A DNA stretch of 64,000 nucleotides from Fimbriosthenelais zetlandica (Eukaryota): NCBI GenBank assembly GCA_977030845.1, contig OZ365118.1, positions 21,328,001 to 21,392,000 on the forward strand, in the 5' to 3' direction. Numbering within the stretch: position 1 is the first letter of the stretch; each line of letters begins with the position of its first letter. The translations under genes were made by a program, and so were the position numbers. The notes below the pieces were generated by a model. That model had not been told where the DNA came from and did not search any database. It saw nothing but the letters and a program-made list of their open reading frames with translations. This document shows, one piece after another, positions 26,301 to 38,644 of the stretch.

Positions 26301-29300
26301 ATTCGATTGCATTCATATTTGCAATCTTCAATTGCATGAATTGTATTGGTAATTGAATATTTGCAGCCATATAAGTGGTGCAAGCTCTTTCAATAAATCA
26401 CCAAAAGTACATGGCAAAATGCATTAAAAAATTGTAAAATAAAATATGAGGGCTTGGTAAAAGGGCCTTTATTGAAATAATGGTAACATGGCATCCACAT
26501 TGCAATTACAGGTCTGAAACAACTCCATTACATGGACGTATATAAGGAAGTCATTGAGACTATCTTGGCCCGCCAATCTTCTAAGTTTTTTTGGTCTGTG
26601 TCTATAGTTAGTTGGGAAGGTATCCAGGGCTATTATGGAGGTGCGTGTGTTTTTCTCATTAGCTTAGCATGCCTGCGCTTCTAAATACATGACGCGGGCC
26701 AGGCGGGATGCTGGTCTGACCCCTACTGAGCACGAAATGAACTAAGATCCAACCAGTACCATGAGCACAGCTACTCCTCCACAACCTAGTCATGGTGACT
26801 CCCTAAAGCTGCTAGAGATTAGTCTCATGACATGTTCTACCAGTGCTGGGTCCAGAAGGGGAATGTGGAGGTTGCAAACCCCTTTAAAATTGCTTAAAAT
26901 AAAGAAATGGTGTAAAGCTTTTTGTACTTGGTGTATATGAGAGACAGAGTGAGAAAGGGAGAGGCAGAGAAAAGAAGCAGGAGGAAGGGAGATAGTGGGA
27001 GAGACAGTACAGGTAGCGCATCAAGCCTCGGGGACTGTATAAAGCTGGTCATTGTATTAAGCTGGTATAGGATCATGTCATGTAGTACATTATCTATTAG
27101 TGTAAGATGTTGGTATACATGATGAGTGGACGCGTGCCGGGCGGGCAGGGATACGGTGAAGTAGATTGGTTTGAGGGATAATTCTCGTCTTGGTTTTCGG
27201 GGAAATATTGGCAGGGACACAAGACATGAGTCAAATTAAGTCCGGCACTGGTGAATAATTCCCTTCTCTGTCTACACATTCAAACATGGGATTTCCATCA
27301 TATGACGAAGACAGACAATGGCTGGAGTCTCTCTCATTCACAAACCACCATTTTCTGCTGAATGTATTACAACACTTCTGAAAGGCTGGCAAAGGGAGCA
27401 AATTTCTAGGGCAATAGAAATTGCTAGCACAACTATTGGCCTGATATCTTGGCTAGCTGTGGAGGTCGACAGGAAGGGGTAGGGTGTGAAAGTATCCAAT
27501 AGAGGTCTGTATCCATGTTATGATCCAAGTTTTGGGGGTAATTGTCGGGGTGGGTGGAGGTCAAATAGGCTTTGCTGGCTGTGGTATTGGTGGTTGGCAA
27601 CTGACCAGGCCATATCATGCGCTATAGCAATTAAGGTTGGAGGAGGGGGGATATATTCCAAGAAAATGACAAGATTTTGAGAGAACTTGAATATCAAAGA
27701 TTGGATCAGTGTCAAACAAATATTCACCGAATCTGCTAGACAGAATATTTAAATTTCTAAAAGCTGTCAGACATTTCAAAATCCGACTGTAAGGACCATT
27801 CTTGTGAAATAGCGATCAGATGTCAGTGGGAATGTTCCAATAAGAAGGCCCCCTATCAGTCGCACTCTCCAGCCAGCCCTGGAAGCATTTCTTCATTGGA
27901 TCCATCAGTGGTGTGAGCAGTGGTGAGCAGAAGGCAATAAGGCAGAGCAGCTCCCACAGAGGCAATGAGCCTGATCACGGCGACAGCAGGAAGATAGCTG
28001 AGAGGGACTGGTATAAGTCAGCCAGGGGTGGGGGGTGGGGTGGGTGGGTGGGTGAGAAGATGGGATCAAGAGAACAAGAACACATGTACATGTACAAGAC
28101 ATGTACAATGTGTAAGTGTATCTATAGAGAGGAGGGACGGGATGAGACTAAGAGAGGATGAGGGAGAGGGAGTGTACGGCAATATAGGCCTATATCCTAA
28201 ATGTTCATTTATACGGTTATAAATCAGTGGTAAAATAAGCCACTACGTCTTGGCTGAACATTTATTAAACAGATAATGTAAGGATATATAGCCTATCAAT
28301 TGTTACAAAGCAATTATAAGACTACACATAATTGGCAATGCCATTCATATGATGTGCATTTCATGCCAATTAATTCTGACTCGAACCCCTTGCCAACATA
28401 GACCCCCGATCCCTTACAAATTAAGGCAAAAAAAGAAAACCATGGCTAGATGGATGACCAAGGGTATCCAAGTGAAATGATAAAGCAGAGTCATTGGTGA
28501 GACTGAGGCATTTATGTGATATTAGAGGGAAGCCAGATGAAGGAGGAGAGAAGCCATGTGGCTTATATCTAGGGCTGTAATCCCAGTATGGTATCATCTG
28601 TGTAGATGGTGGCTTCACAATGCAGGAAGCCACCTACTATCACCAGCACCGTGTCACCGCGTCCATTCATCTTACCTCTATTAGCACAGGTTCAACCTGT
28701 GTTTCTTGGACACGGCTGATAATTCGCTGACCAATATGTTGGATATAATGATTTCCTCCATTATTGAAATATTAGGAATTATGTATTCAAAACACTATCA
28801 GGTTTTAATATGTTTTTTTTTTTACTTTTGCTTGTGGCCTCGGATGGAGAAGCAATTTTTCTATGTTCTTATTGCCGGTAGCTTTGTTCTGATGCTACCA
28901 AGCACCTTGTTTTTAATGCACACACATGTATCAAGGGAATGTTTTTGTCTGCCTCTAATCTCCAAGCTAATTAACTGAAAACTCCACTGAGCTTGGAGAG
29001 AGCAGATTAGCAGCAGCTAGGGCAGACCAGGACAGTAAAAATCACAAGTAATTAAACCTTTTCCCTCATATTTCTCCACAGGTAATTATATTCTGGTAGC
29101 TGGATCATATTTTCCCATGCATTTTTTCAAGTTAGTTCTCTGTCTCTCTCACTCTCTCTGTCTTTCTCCTTCTATCTCTATTTTCTCTCTCTCCAAAATC
29201 TACCTCTCTCTCACTCTGCAACCCTCTCCATCTATTTCACTCTCATCACCCTCCCCCCCCCCCCCCTCTCTTTCACTAAACACTTGTCTCGGCTTCGTGT

Positions 29301-29364
29301 AAAAGCTGCCCCTGGTAGATGGCATGAACAGGCACTCTCCCGAGCTGGAGGAGAGATTGTTCTA

Positions 29365-29401
29365 ACTTCCGGTTCATCACGTGGTCTAAGACCACTTCCG
29401 G
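29365..29401. promoter_or_regulatory. ETS / E-box / ETS module next to a CT-rich tract
   Basis: ACTTCCGG at 29365 and 29394 flank TCACGTG (CACGTG at 29378). Confidence 0.45.
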
Positions 29402-30385
29402 TAGCAGGTTCTATAGCTAACACCCCGCACAATGAGAGGGATCTCTGTGATTAGATCATATGTTAGAGGTATTCCCGGTATGGCTGAGCTAATTCAGAGG
29501 AATTGAAGCATTAATGCAAGCAATGGGAGGCCCCTTTTAGGTGCTAGTCAATCACAATTGTTCCATCGCTTCCCCATGAATGGAAAAATATTATGCATTC
29601 CTCCTCCAAAAGAATAATGGACGTGGAATCTAAAGTATAGCTGCAGCGGCAAAGAACCATATACTGGCTTTGTTGATTGAAATGAAGTTTACAATATTAT
29701 ATTCAGTCAACACACTAATCTCGATCCTATCTGTCTATTTTCCATCCCAAAGGCAACCAATGCATCAGTAGTTTTTATGACATATGTATTGTATTTCACA
29801 TTTTTTCAGTTTTAATTTACACCAAGTTGTAAATCAACCCCTTTTTGTGTAACGATTATTAAATTACACCCTAGTATAATTGATATTTTGTCTGACAGCT
29901 GCCCAGAAACATTACCTCCTTCTGATTTCAAAACATCTTTCCTTCTCGGAGACATCCATTTCTTAAAAGATGACATACGATCTGTGCTGCGTACGTTCCA
30001 GTGGGTAATCAAATCTCTTACAATGTAAAAACATCTATGGCCATATGCATAATTCTTGGGTAACAAATTACAACAAGGCTGGAACATAATTCTTGGCTAA
30101 TGGCTTCATAAAATATGTCCAAAGGAGCTTTGTGAAGGTATGAAATAAAAGCCGAGGCTGGAATGGATGGAAGGCATTATGTTCGCTCATTATTAAGTTG
30201 TTGGAGAAGATGAATGAGTTATGGCTAAATGTGGTGATAGCAGACACTCATCCGTTACTTAGGAGATAATTAATCTTGGTCAACTTAAGTAGGAACATGG
30301 GTTGGGTAGTGGTATTGTGTTGTAATTGAATGAGGGAGATTCCGGGTTCAATTCCGAAATTATTTTCCAAATTTGTCATTATCTG

Positions 30386-30434
30386 CCCAGAGCTGCTAAC
30401 TGGGATATCAAAGGCCAGCCAAGTCGCCCACTGT
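30386..30434 (+). mobile_element. SINE family fragment
   Basis: GCTGCTAACTGGGATATCAAAGGCCAGCC. Confidence 0.75.
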
Positions 30435-31262
30435 ACAAATATTTCTGCTCAATCTCGGTAGAAACAAAGCATTCAGTTATTAATTCATCCATGTTATTTT
30501 CTCATGGCGTGTTATCATTTTTTTCCAGGTCACTTCATCTCAACAGGTCATGCCCACACCTCCCTTCTCACCCCTCCAGTCCAGGGTGTGACCCACACTC
30601 CTTCCCCCTCTCCAGATTCCCTTCTCCCTAGGGGTTCCTATCCAATCATCCGACCTGAGACCTTCCCCCTTTGGTCTCCAGGAAATGCCCGGAAACCAGG
30701 CCCAGCTGGAGAGTGTTCCGGAAAACGGCTCTGTGTCACACTCTGACCTGCCGCCAACCGGTTCTGGGGCGTATTACGACACTCGGGAGGTCCCCATATA
30801 GCCCATCTGAACCGGCCATTCATTAGAGAGCTGGGCTGGTCATTCTGTTCCACTGCGCCAGTGGACGCTATAGGTACACATAAGGTATGACCATCACTGA
30901 TAGAAGCGTGGAGGAACTAGCCATTGATACGGACCTACTGACCCTAGAGAGTGTAAAGCTAAATTAGGTGTGGATAGGTAGAGGCCAGTAGGACAACATT
31001 ACTCCTCATACCATCAAATGAGAAAATTCCCAATGTCCCATCAGGGATAAAACCCTATAGCTCGGTCCGGTTTGGAATTAAAGAAGGATTCCCACAACTT
31101 GTTGAAAACATGTTCCATGGCCATTTTGTTTTTACCATGACTATCTAAGAATAGTCAAGATAGTAAACACTGCGGCTAACATAAGCGAGTTATGAATAAA
31201 TGCAGAAAATATAAGCTCCTGTGGATGAGATCCTTAAGACTGTGAACATGAACAGAACTTAC

Positions 31263-31378
31263 CTCACTTACATATTAAGTATGAGAACAATATAAACCAA
31301 ACCTTTTTAAGTCAAACCTTTACTCCCTGGTTCTCAATTCACCGAAAGGGCAAAACTCACCTGAAATGACAAAGAGTG
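31263..31378 (-). other. Candidate recursive splice site (3'ss directly followed by a consensus 5'ss) with a downstream RS-exon
   Basis: CACTCTTTGTCATTTCAG|GTGAGT at 31361/31360. Further donors AT|GTAAGT (31271) and GAG|GTAAGT (31262) lie 89 and 98 nt downstream. Confidence 0.45.
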
Positions 31379-32088
31379 AATATTTAGAAAATCATCAAAA
31401 CAATTACATTCATAGTGATCAGTACAATTCAATAAAACAATAGATGGTTGCATTTCTAAAGTTTTCAAGTAAGAAATGTTGCTAAATTGAGGCAATTCAC
31501 CAAACAAACTAAAGGGCATAAACATATGTTATTCCCTTGGCTAAAATCCATCGTCGGGCCATTACTTTCTGCGGCAAAAACATGTATCGCTTTGAAATTC
31601 AAAACCAGGACTTGATGGCTATATAAGTTGGTAGATGAGGGTGGGAGAGGGACACAGGTGGCAAAAGGTACCACCCAAACTCGCATGCTGCAGCACATAG
31701 CCCTCTCTAATGGAATAATAATGAAAATATTCAAGTATCTAATAGTCAGGTTGCCTTTGAACAGCCCCACGCCCGCCGTCTATTTTATGACCCGTTTTAT
31801 GATGTCAAAACTCTAGCAGGAGTATTTTAAAATGCCACTCTGGTTAAAATGTTTGATTTATTATGGTTAATTATTTAGATGTCGGACATAACTTGTGCAA
31901 TAATGGTGTAAATCATGATGGTTTTGGACATGGGGGTAAGAATGCAGGCCTTTGAGGAGCCATCAACGTGAGTTATGCTTCCTGTGGGTGGTTTACATGT
32001 TCAGGGAGTATTTTTTATTTTGGTAATCGTTTGGAACTAGTTGGTTACTTGCTGTGTAGGCAGGTTTTGACAGGCACAACTTAGCGTA

Positions 32089-32172
32089 TACATGCCTCTT
32101 AGCACAGAGAATGAGAGACATGGCTAGCATTTGATATCACAGTTAGCAGCACTGGGTGGAGAAGGACAATGG
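32089..32172 (-). mobile_element. SINE family body copy
   Basis: CATGCCTCT...GAGAGACATGGCT...GATATCACAGTTAGCAGCACTGGGTGGAGAAGGACAATG. Confidence 0.8.
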
Positions 32173-32670
32173 CAATCTAATAGAAAGGAACGAAGTGATC
32201 CTGGTAACAGAAAAGAATCCCAGAAATGAGTAAAGTGATTGTGTGGCAGGTATGATCCAACCCCTGATGTACATGTCTATCTACCCATGTAACATGGGGT
32301 ATCTGGTCGATACAGGAGTATATCAGCTGAAACAAGGTATACAAACAACCCACACCCTAACCAAACCCACACACGCGCCTTAAACCATCCCCGACCAGAG
32401 ACAACACCACCTCACAACACATCAGCAACATCAACATCACCTCAGACCACATCAACATCCCCCCAGAACATAAACATCAACATCAACCGCGGACTACAAA
32501 GCTGCGGTGGAGAGGTGCAGGGGACGTAATGAAAACTTGGTTCTTCAGATCACTGCAGGTGATTTATATGACACATATAGGGCCTTCATGCAACAAAGAA
32601 ATCCCCATAGGCAGGCCTGCACCGAGACTTGCTGCAGACTCACGTATTTCTCTATATGAGAATCACTTTT

Positions 32671-32704
32671 TTATATCCCAGTTAGCAGCACTGGATAGAG
32701 AAGG
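32671..32704 (-). mobile_element. SINE family fragment
   Basis: ATATCCCAGTTAGCAGCACTGG. Confidence 0.65.
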
Positions 32705-33761
32705 AGTAAAGCAAATTGCGTGATCCAACAAAACAATTCAGAAGAGACTCCTTTGAGGGAGATTCACGCAACAATCTGGCATATTCCTTTCACATCTATT
32801 GATTTTAGATTCATACCAAGCATTTTAAAAAATGAAATATTTGAGGGAATACGGCTCGTCTAGTGTGGCACTTGTGATCCCTGAATTAAGGCCTGGAGAC
32901 CTGGTAGGAACCCTATTTGAGCCAGTGTTGATCTAGGCTACAGGCTGGATGTAGGAGTGTTGGTGTAGGGCAGTGAAGGGTGAGTATAGCCTTCACCCGG
33001 GAGGATGAGAGCGCCGCCCTGGAGGATGAGTGGGGAGGTCTGGGTGTGTGGATGGAGACTACAGGAGGACTGGCGGGACGGGGGTGGGGCATGATGGGGA
33101 TATGCTTTCATTATAATACGGCAGTACACCACCAAGTGCTGGACAGCAAGAACAAATCTCACTAAAACTTCTTAAATCTTACCAAACTTTTACGACATTA
33201 TTATGGCAATATCAGACCAAGCAACTTTTCAAGTAGGTCACAAACACGGAAATTCAATTATGAAACCGACTTGTAAACATCTAGAAATTTGAGCGACCAG
33301 AACAATTACTCAGAACCTCTCCAAAACATTAAGGTGTTTATTTCGGAAAATATTAGTGTGTCACACTTAAGTTTTCCTTCAATCTACCACCCCTTGACAC
33401 AACATTTTATATTCTATTTGGCCTATAAATGATAGAGAAAGTTTTCCTTCTATATGGCCTGTTTGCTGTGTCACCGCTGAAGCAATTGGTACAAAAGTTC
33501 CCCCCTATAAACACAATGAACAAACCAGGAGCGGTCCCATCCATCACCTCTCTTCATTTTATACCGCTCAAAAGAGGTGGATTATTTATAGGTGATCAAT
33601 CAGGGCTCACTACAGCTGACTCTCAATCCACACACCGCAACAACCCACAACAACACACAATCTAACAACAACATCCAAGCTTAATTAATTTACTCTTTGT
33701 TAATTAAGGGTATGAGGATGTAATCTGGGAAGATGATGGTTGATATGTACATGTATCTTTT

Positions 33762-33915
33762 CAGCAATTGTTCTATTACATGCCTCTCACCATAGACAGT
33801 GAGAAGCATGGCTGTCCTTTGATTTCTCAGTTAGCAGCAATGGATGGAGGACTGGAGAACGATTGGGGATTTGAACCTGGGAACTCCAGCATTCAGGTCG
33901 AACCCTCTACTGCCC
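33762..33915 (-). mobile_element. SINE family copy retaining its tRNA-like head (Pol III B-box)
   Basis: The core is followed on + by GGGGATTTGAACC, which is GGTTCAAATCCCC on the minus strand. This places the head 5' of the core on minus. Confidence 0.75.
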
Positions 33916-34149
33916 CAACGGTTAAAATGAGAATCTTTGGTTTAATGTTAAGAGACCCATCCTGTCAGTTAAGTCCACAAATGTTGCCATCCCCCGTGCA
34001 TTAACGGACTATTTGCTGAACAATATCAGTCAATATTATTAGAGACGGGCGAGTGTTCTCTTCTAATTTCTCTGCTTGCTTGGTAAACACATTTCCTGCC
34101 AGCATCGAGACGAGCAAAGTGAGAAAAATAGCAGTCAGATACAAATTAC

Positions 34150-34187
34150 CTCCCCAAACAGCTGTCTCCCTGAGGGAAAAAAGACAT
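34150..34187 (-). CDS. Candidate short alternative first coding exon, MSFFPQGDSCLG (frame open back to an ATG at 34427), phase-2 donor
   Basis: Donor GAG|GTAATT. The 93-aa ORF of the track ends at this donor. Confidence 0.35.
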
Positions 34188-34703
34188 GAGAAATATTGGC
34201 GGGCATGGGAGAGTGGAAGCGGGCCGGCTTCTGGGAGCTAATTGTAGACCCCCACGGTCGATTGGATTCTTTATACGGTCGGGTGAACAGCGAACCTTCA
34301 TCTTCACACAGAGGGGGCAGGAGAGAGAGATGGAGAGAAGCAAACTGTCTGTTGATTCCTCCAGCCTGAAGTAATGTATCTCATACCCCCTCCACATCTG
34401 CTCACACATGTGGCCACCTTGATCCATTGGTGGTCTTCACACATCCAGCCGGCCGACCAACCGATTAGCAACCGACTGTAAATCAGTGATCGACCGACCA
34501 ACCGATTTTCAACCAGCTGACAGATGTAGGCCCTATGTAATGTTGCCTCAGTTTACCATAGGCAAATACATTAAAACCTTATCGACTTTATGTATACTTT
34601 TATAGTCTACATTATCTTTCAAAATAGACGAGAAAGTCTTGATTGAAGCACAATACACTTTATATGTTCTGCATCTCCCATTCTATATAAGTAAAGAGAA
34701 ACA

Positions 34704-34927
34704 NNNNNNNNNNNNNNNNNNNNNNNNNNNNNNNNNNNNNNNNNNNNNNNNNNNNNNNNNNNNNNNNNNNNNNNNNNNNNNNNNNNNNNNNNNNNNNNNN
34801 NNNNNNNNNNNNNNNNNNNNNNNNNNNNNNNNNNNNNNNNNNNNNNNNNNNNNNNNNNNNNNNNNNNNNNNNNNNNNNNNNNNNNNNNNNNNNNNNNNNN
34901 NNNNNNNNNNNNNNNNNNNNNNNNNNN
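34704..34927. other. Assembly gap (224 N)
   Basis: Run of N. Confidence 1.
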
Positions 34928-36457
34928 CAAGGGTCATGTAAGTGATGCCCCTAGCAAAGAACACTTCTGGGGGCTGCCCATCTTGATATTTTTTTATCAT
35001 TATTTTTCTCTCTTTGAGCCATATTTTCTTTGAGCAGGGCACACATATGGCAACCATAGCGAGATCCTAATATATTCCTACAGATTCCAGGCACGTTCAC
35101 CGACCGCTCCCTTTACATAAGTTCAATACTTATATTGGCAGATACAGAAGAAGAATATGGCAAGTGTTTTCCCAAGTACATGGCGTATACCAATACAATT
35201 CATACAAGTGTCTCTTACACAAGTCAATCTTTAACGAACTAATTCAACTGCACTGAGTTCTACCATGTATTTGTGCATGCCATGCACATGTTACGCATCT
35301 TGCCCTTCTGACCCACGCAGAGTCCTACCATGGTCAGGGCAGCCATAGATTGGAGATATCTCCGGCATAAATCAGAGGAAATGTCCATTGTTCCGCCGGT
35401 AAGTGTCGTAAATCTGATGACTAAGTATGACTAAAGGCATCAGAAGCTCAGGTCACATGGATGGGGAGAAATCTAGCCCTCAGCCATCATGTGTAAGTCA
35501 CCTGACTATCTCGAGTCTCAGACAGAATTCTTGTGATCATCTGGCACCGATCTTACATAATCATGTCAGGAATATTTCTGACACCTGATGTTGCATACAA
35601 TAGATTCATGCTCTCGTGGATCAAACGCGCTAAAATGTATATGAAGAAACATGAAAAGTCACTATGTATGGGTTCCATAGATGATTTCTGTAAGACTTGT
35701 TCAAATTGAGATACAGTCGATGAGTAATCCATGAAATCTCTTGGATACCTGAACAATATTTCATGTTTGTGGCACATTTTTTCACAAAAAATATTTTCGA
35801 CAAAATAGCCATTGATAAAGCCTAGGCGGTGCTTGGGTGAAGAAGGACCTTTCTTCGTGTGACCTAATTCCACCCCTTGCCTGGAGCCAAGGCTGTGATT
35901 ATCTTGTTTTAAGATCCTAATGTCCCATATAACAAATTGCCCCTTCTCATGCCCAGCCTCAAACACACACCTTCCTTCCTGCCAGAGACTTCAGAAAATG
36001 GCTGATAAACAAAGGGGACCACAAGTCCAGGCACCCAATGTCCCACTGAGCAACTACTCACCAATTTAGTGAGTGAGTTTTAGAATGGCAAAATTGGATG
36101 CTTGGGGAATGAACCATAGACCTCTCATATTCAGGTTGAACATCCAATCTGACATATATTGGTTTTGTGAGTTGCTATTTCATCATAGTTACATTCAGGC
36201 TACATGCATGGCCCATGGAAACTTATGTTGAGGGGAAAACAAAATCTACATCTAAAATCAATTGCTCAGGAGAACCAACTGCCCAGGGCGATTCACAGTG
36301 AACGGTTCGGATTTTTTACAGTGTTTGCAGGATTAATGATCAGTCTGCGGTGAAAGGAGAGAAAAAGCACGGGCAAGAAATCACAATGACTGCCATCAAG
36401 AACTCCTATATCAAAGTCTGAACTAGTCCACACAATGCTTTACTGAAAACCTCCCAG

Positions 36458-36558
36458 CAACCAATCACCGACGCCGTTACAAACAACCGACCAATCACGG
36501 ACTCGGTTACAAACAACCGACCAATCACTGAAGCTCTTACAAAGACCCAACCAATCAT
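36458..36558 (+). promoter_or_regulatory. 30-bp tandem repeat carrying four phased CCAAT boxes and Myb-like sites
   Basis: CCAATCA at 36461, 36491, 36521 and 36551; CCGTTA at 36474, CGGTTA at 36504, CAACCG at 36484 and 36514. Confidence 0.55.
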
Positions 36559-38509
36559 AGCCGCCGAGACATGTCTTCCATCTCTATTATTCGCCACACT
36601 TAAAAGGAGAAGCGCATTCAATGCTGGCAGATGAAACAACTGAAATTAATTTACTCCATGAGTTGTGGCAGGGGCTATTGCGCATAATGGTCTACTCGTA
36701 TCGATAATTCACCCCCTTTTTTGTAACCGCCATTCACTGAAAAGTCCCATTTAAAATGTATCTATAGGCAGTCTTTTACAAGTCTGCAGGTAATGACATG
36801 TCACATAAAACCTCTTATCTATGACTTGGAGCTGGGTATTTGTGTTAACTTAGTGCTTGCTGGTAATTATCCTGTGCCTACGTTGTAGTTGAATGTCATA
36901 TAAAATAAACTTATCCCGCATAGCTCCCAAGGTGGCAAAAAGTATGATTTATGTCCTACAGGGATTGTTGGTGTTCCCCATTGATAATCCCTGGTGGGAA
37001 AAAGGCAGAGTAGTTTAATATTGTTACTCGAGGTTATGGGGGAATCCCCCTCTAGCCTGCTTCTGGGAATTTTGTACAAATGGTCATATTATACAATGAC
37101 ATGACATCCAGAAAATTTAATGCATATTCTAAAGGGACAAAATGGAAAATTCTCAAAGGTTTCATTTGACAAATGTGACAAGGCACGAAATGCTACATAA
37201 CCTAACAGCCTTTGGTATTTGAACAGCAAATGATATTATGTAACAAATCGAAGGGTAAACTATGCGGAAAACTTGCCCAACATTCCCAATTATCGGAGAC
37301 GAATGACTTTGCCATCTTACAGCCAGTGAATTTCCACTTCGACCTTAAGAGTTCATTGAACGGATGCAATTTTTACCTTGTAGGAGGGCTATAAAATGGG
37401 AATAAATTTCCATTGCTGCGGGAATAGATGGGAACACAGTTGGGTGAGGCTGTTCTAATGCTGCTTGGCTAAGCAGTGATCGGTGATATTAGGTATTTTT
37501 TATTCCCATCCTTCCCCACACCTTGCTCTAAGAGAGAGAAAACCACTATCTAAAATTGGAGAGAGGGGGAGAGGATGGCAGAGAGAGAGCGAGACTTATA
37601 AGAGGCTTTCAATGAAGAGCAACTGCCCAATATATCCTAAAATGAACTTCACATCTGCTGCATTTAATTAATGTCCAGTAAATTTCTATGGGAAGTTTTC
37701 CATGATATCTGGACATTAATTGATTAGATCGGCAGACCATGTGAAGCTTTTATACTATAGATAGTGGTAGGTGGGGCCGTGCGGGGATGAGTGATCGGGA
37801 GTGGGTGAGAGACAGGGACCACCATCAGCTATGATGGGCTGATGAAAAGCTAGCCTTGTTTTACATGCCTACTCTCCTCCATCACCTGAGAGACAATTAG
37901 ACCTGCTATCCTCCACACATCGGGAATGAGAGACAGATTAGATAGTGTGGGAGCGACTCGAGCATCTCTGCCACCATCACGTCTGTAGGCAGGGATTCAT
38001 AGCGTCTACTCTATAAAGCTATCCATCAGATCTCAGGGTGGGGAAAGCCGCCTTTCTGTTTCATATCTGAGAGATTAGAAAATCATTTTTGACAAATTCT
38101 GGACTATATATGTTAGCAAAGCATTAACAATTATCATGCCTTTCTTTGGGCAATGTATGGTGTCCTATTTTGGGACATTATTCTTTCAATGTATGCGCTA
38201 AAACTGTGTTAAAGATTTGGATATCCATTTTCAGGGAAACCAATTTCTCTGAATCAAATCAATTTTTCGTTTGTCCTTACACATAGATGAGAACCTAGCG
38301 CCTGACTGGCAGAATCATGAACAATAGAGCAAGACAGGGAGAGGGAGAGCTGTTAACTACAGCTTCACAGAATTGGCTTTTTATTTGACAGTAATTTGTC
38401 TACTTGAAGCTCTCCCATCAATCCTTCAGCACGCAGGTTGTCTGCAGCAGGGTCAAAAACCAGCACCGCCAATATTTGTTTAACGTCTAGTCAGCGATTT
38501 TCGGATATG

Positions 38510-38644
38510 AAGGAAACATGCTGTTGGCACACAATGACCTGCTCCTCTCGAAAAGTAGCAATGTTTCTTTCACATGCCTCTCACCATAGACATGGCTGGT
38601 CTTTGATTTCCCAGTTAGCAGCACTGGGTAGGGAAGGACAATGG
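38510..38644 (-). mobile_element. SINE family body copy
   Basis: AGGAAACATGCTGT...AGCAATGTTTCTTTCACATGCCTCTCACCATAGACATGGCTGG...CCCAGTTAGCAGCACTGGGT. Confidence 0.85.

Noticed and set aside
18520-29090. Plus-strand AG|GT sites at 18541, 18756, 24719 and 29081 as evidence of a plus-strand long gene
   Set aside because: No coherent plus-strand exon chain. Kept only as a background control for the recursive-splicing claim.
33865-33915. tRNA-like B-box sequences (also near 7840, 55870 and 63770)
   Set aside because: No full cloverleaf can be formed. They are SINE heads, not tRNA genes.
34619-35057. ORFs of 100-124 aa spanning N runs (also 4238-4483)
   Set aside because: Created by assembly gaps.
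35553-35966. 137-aa minus ORF
   Set aside because: No domain resemblance or splice support.
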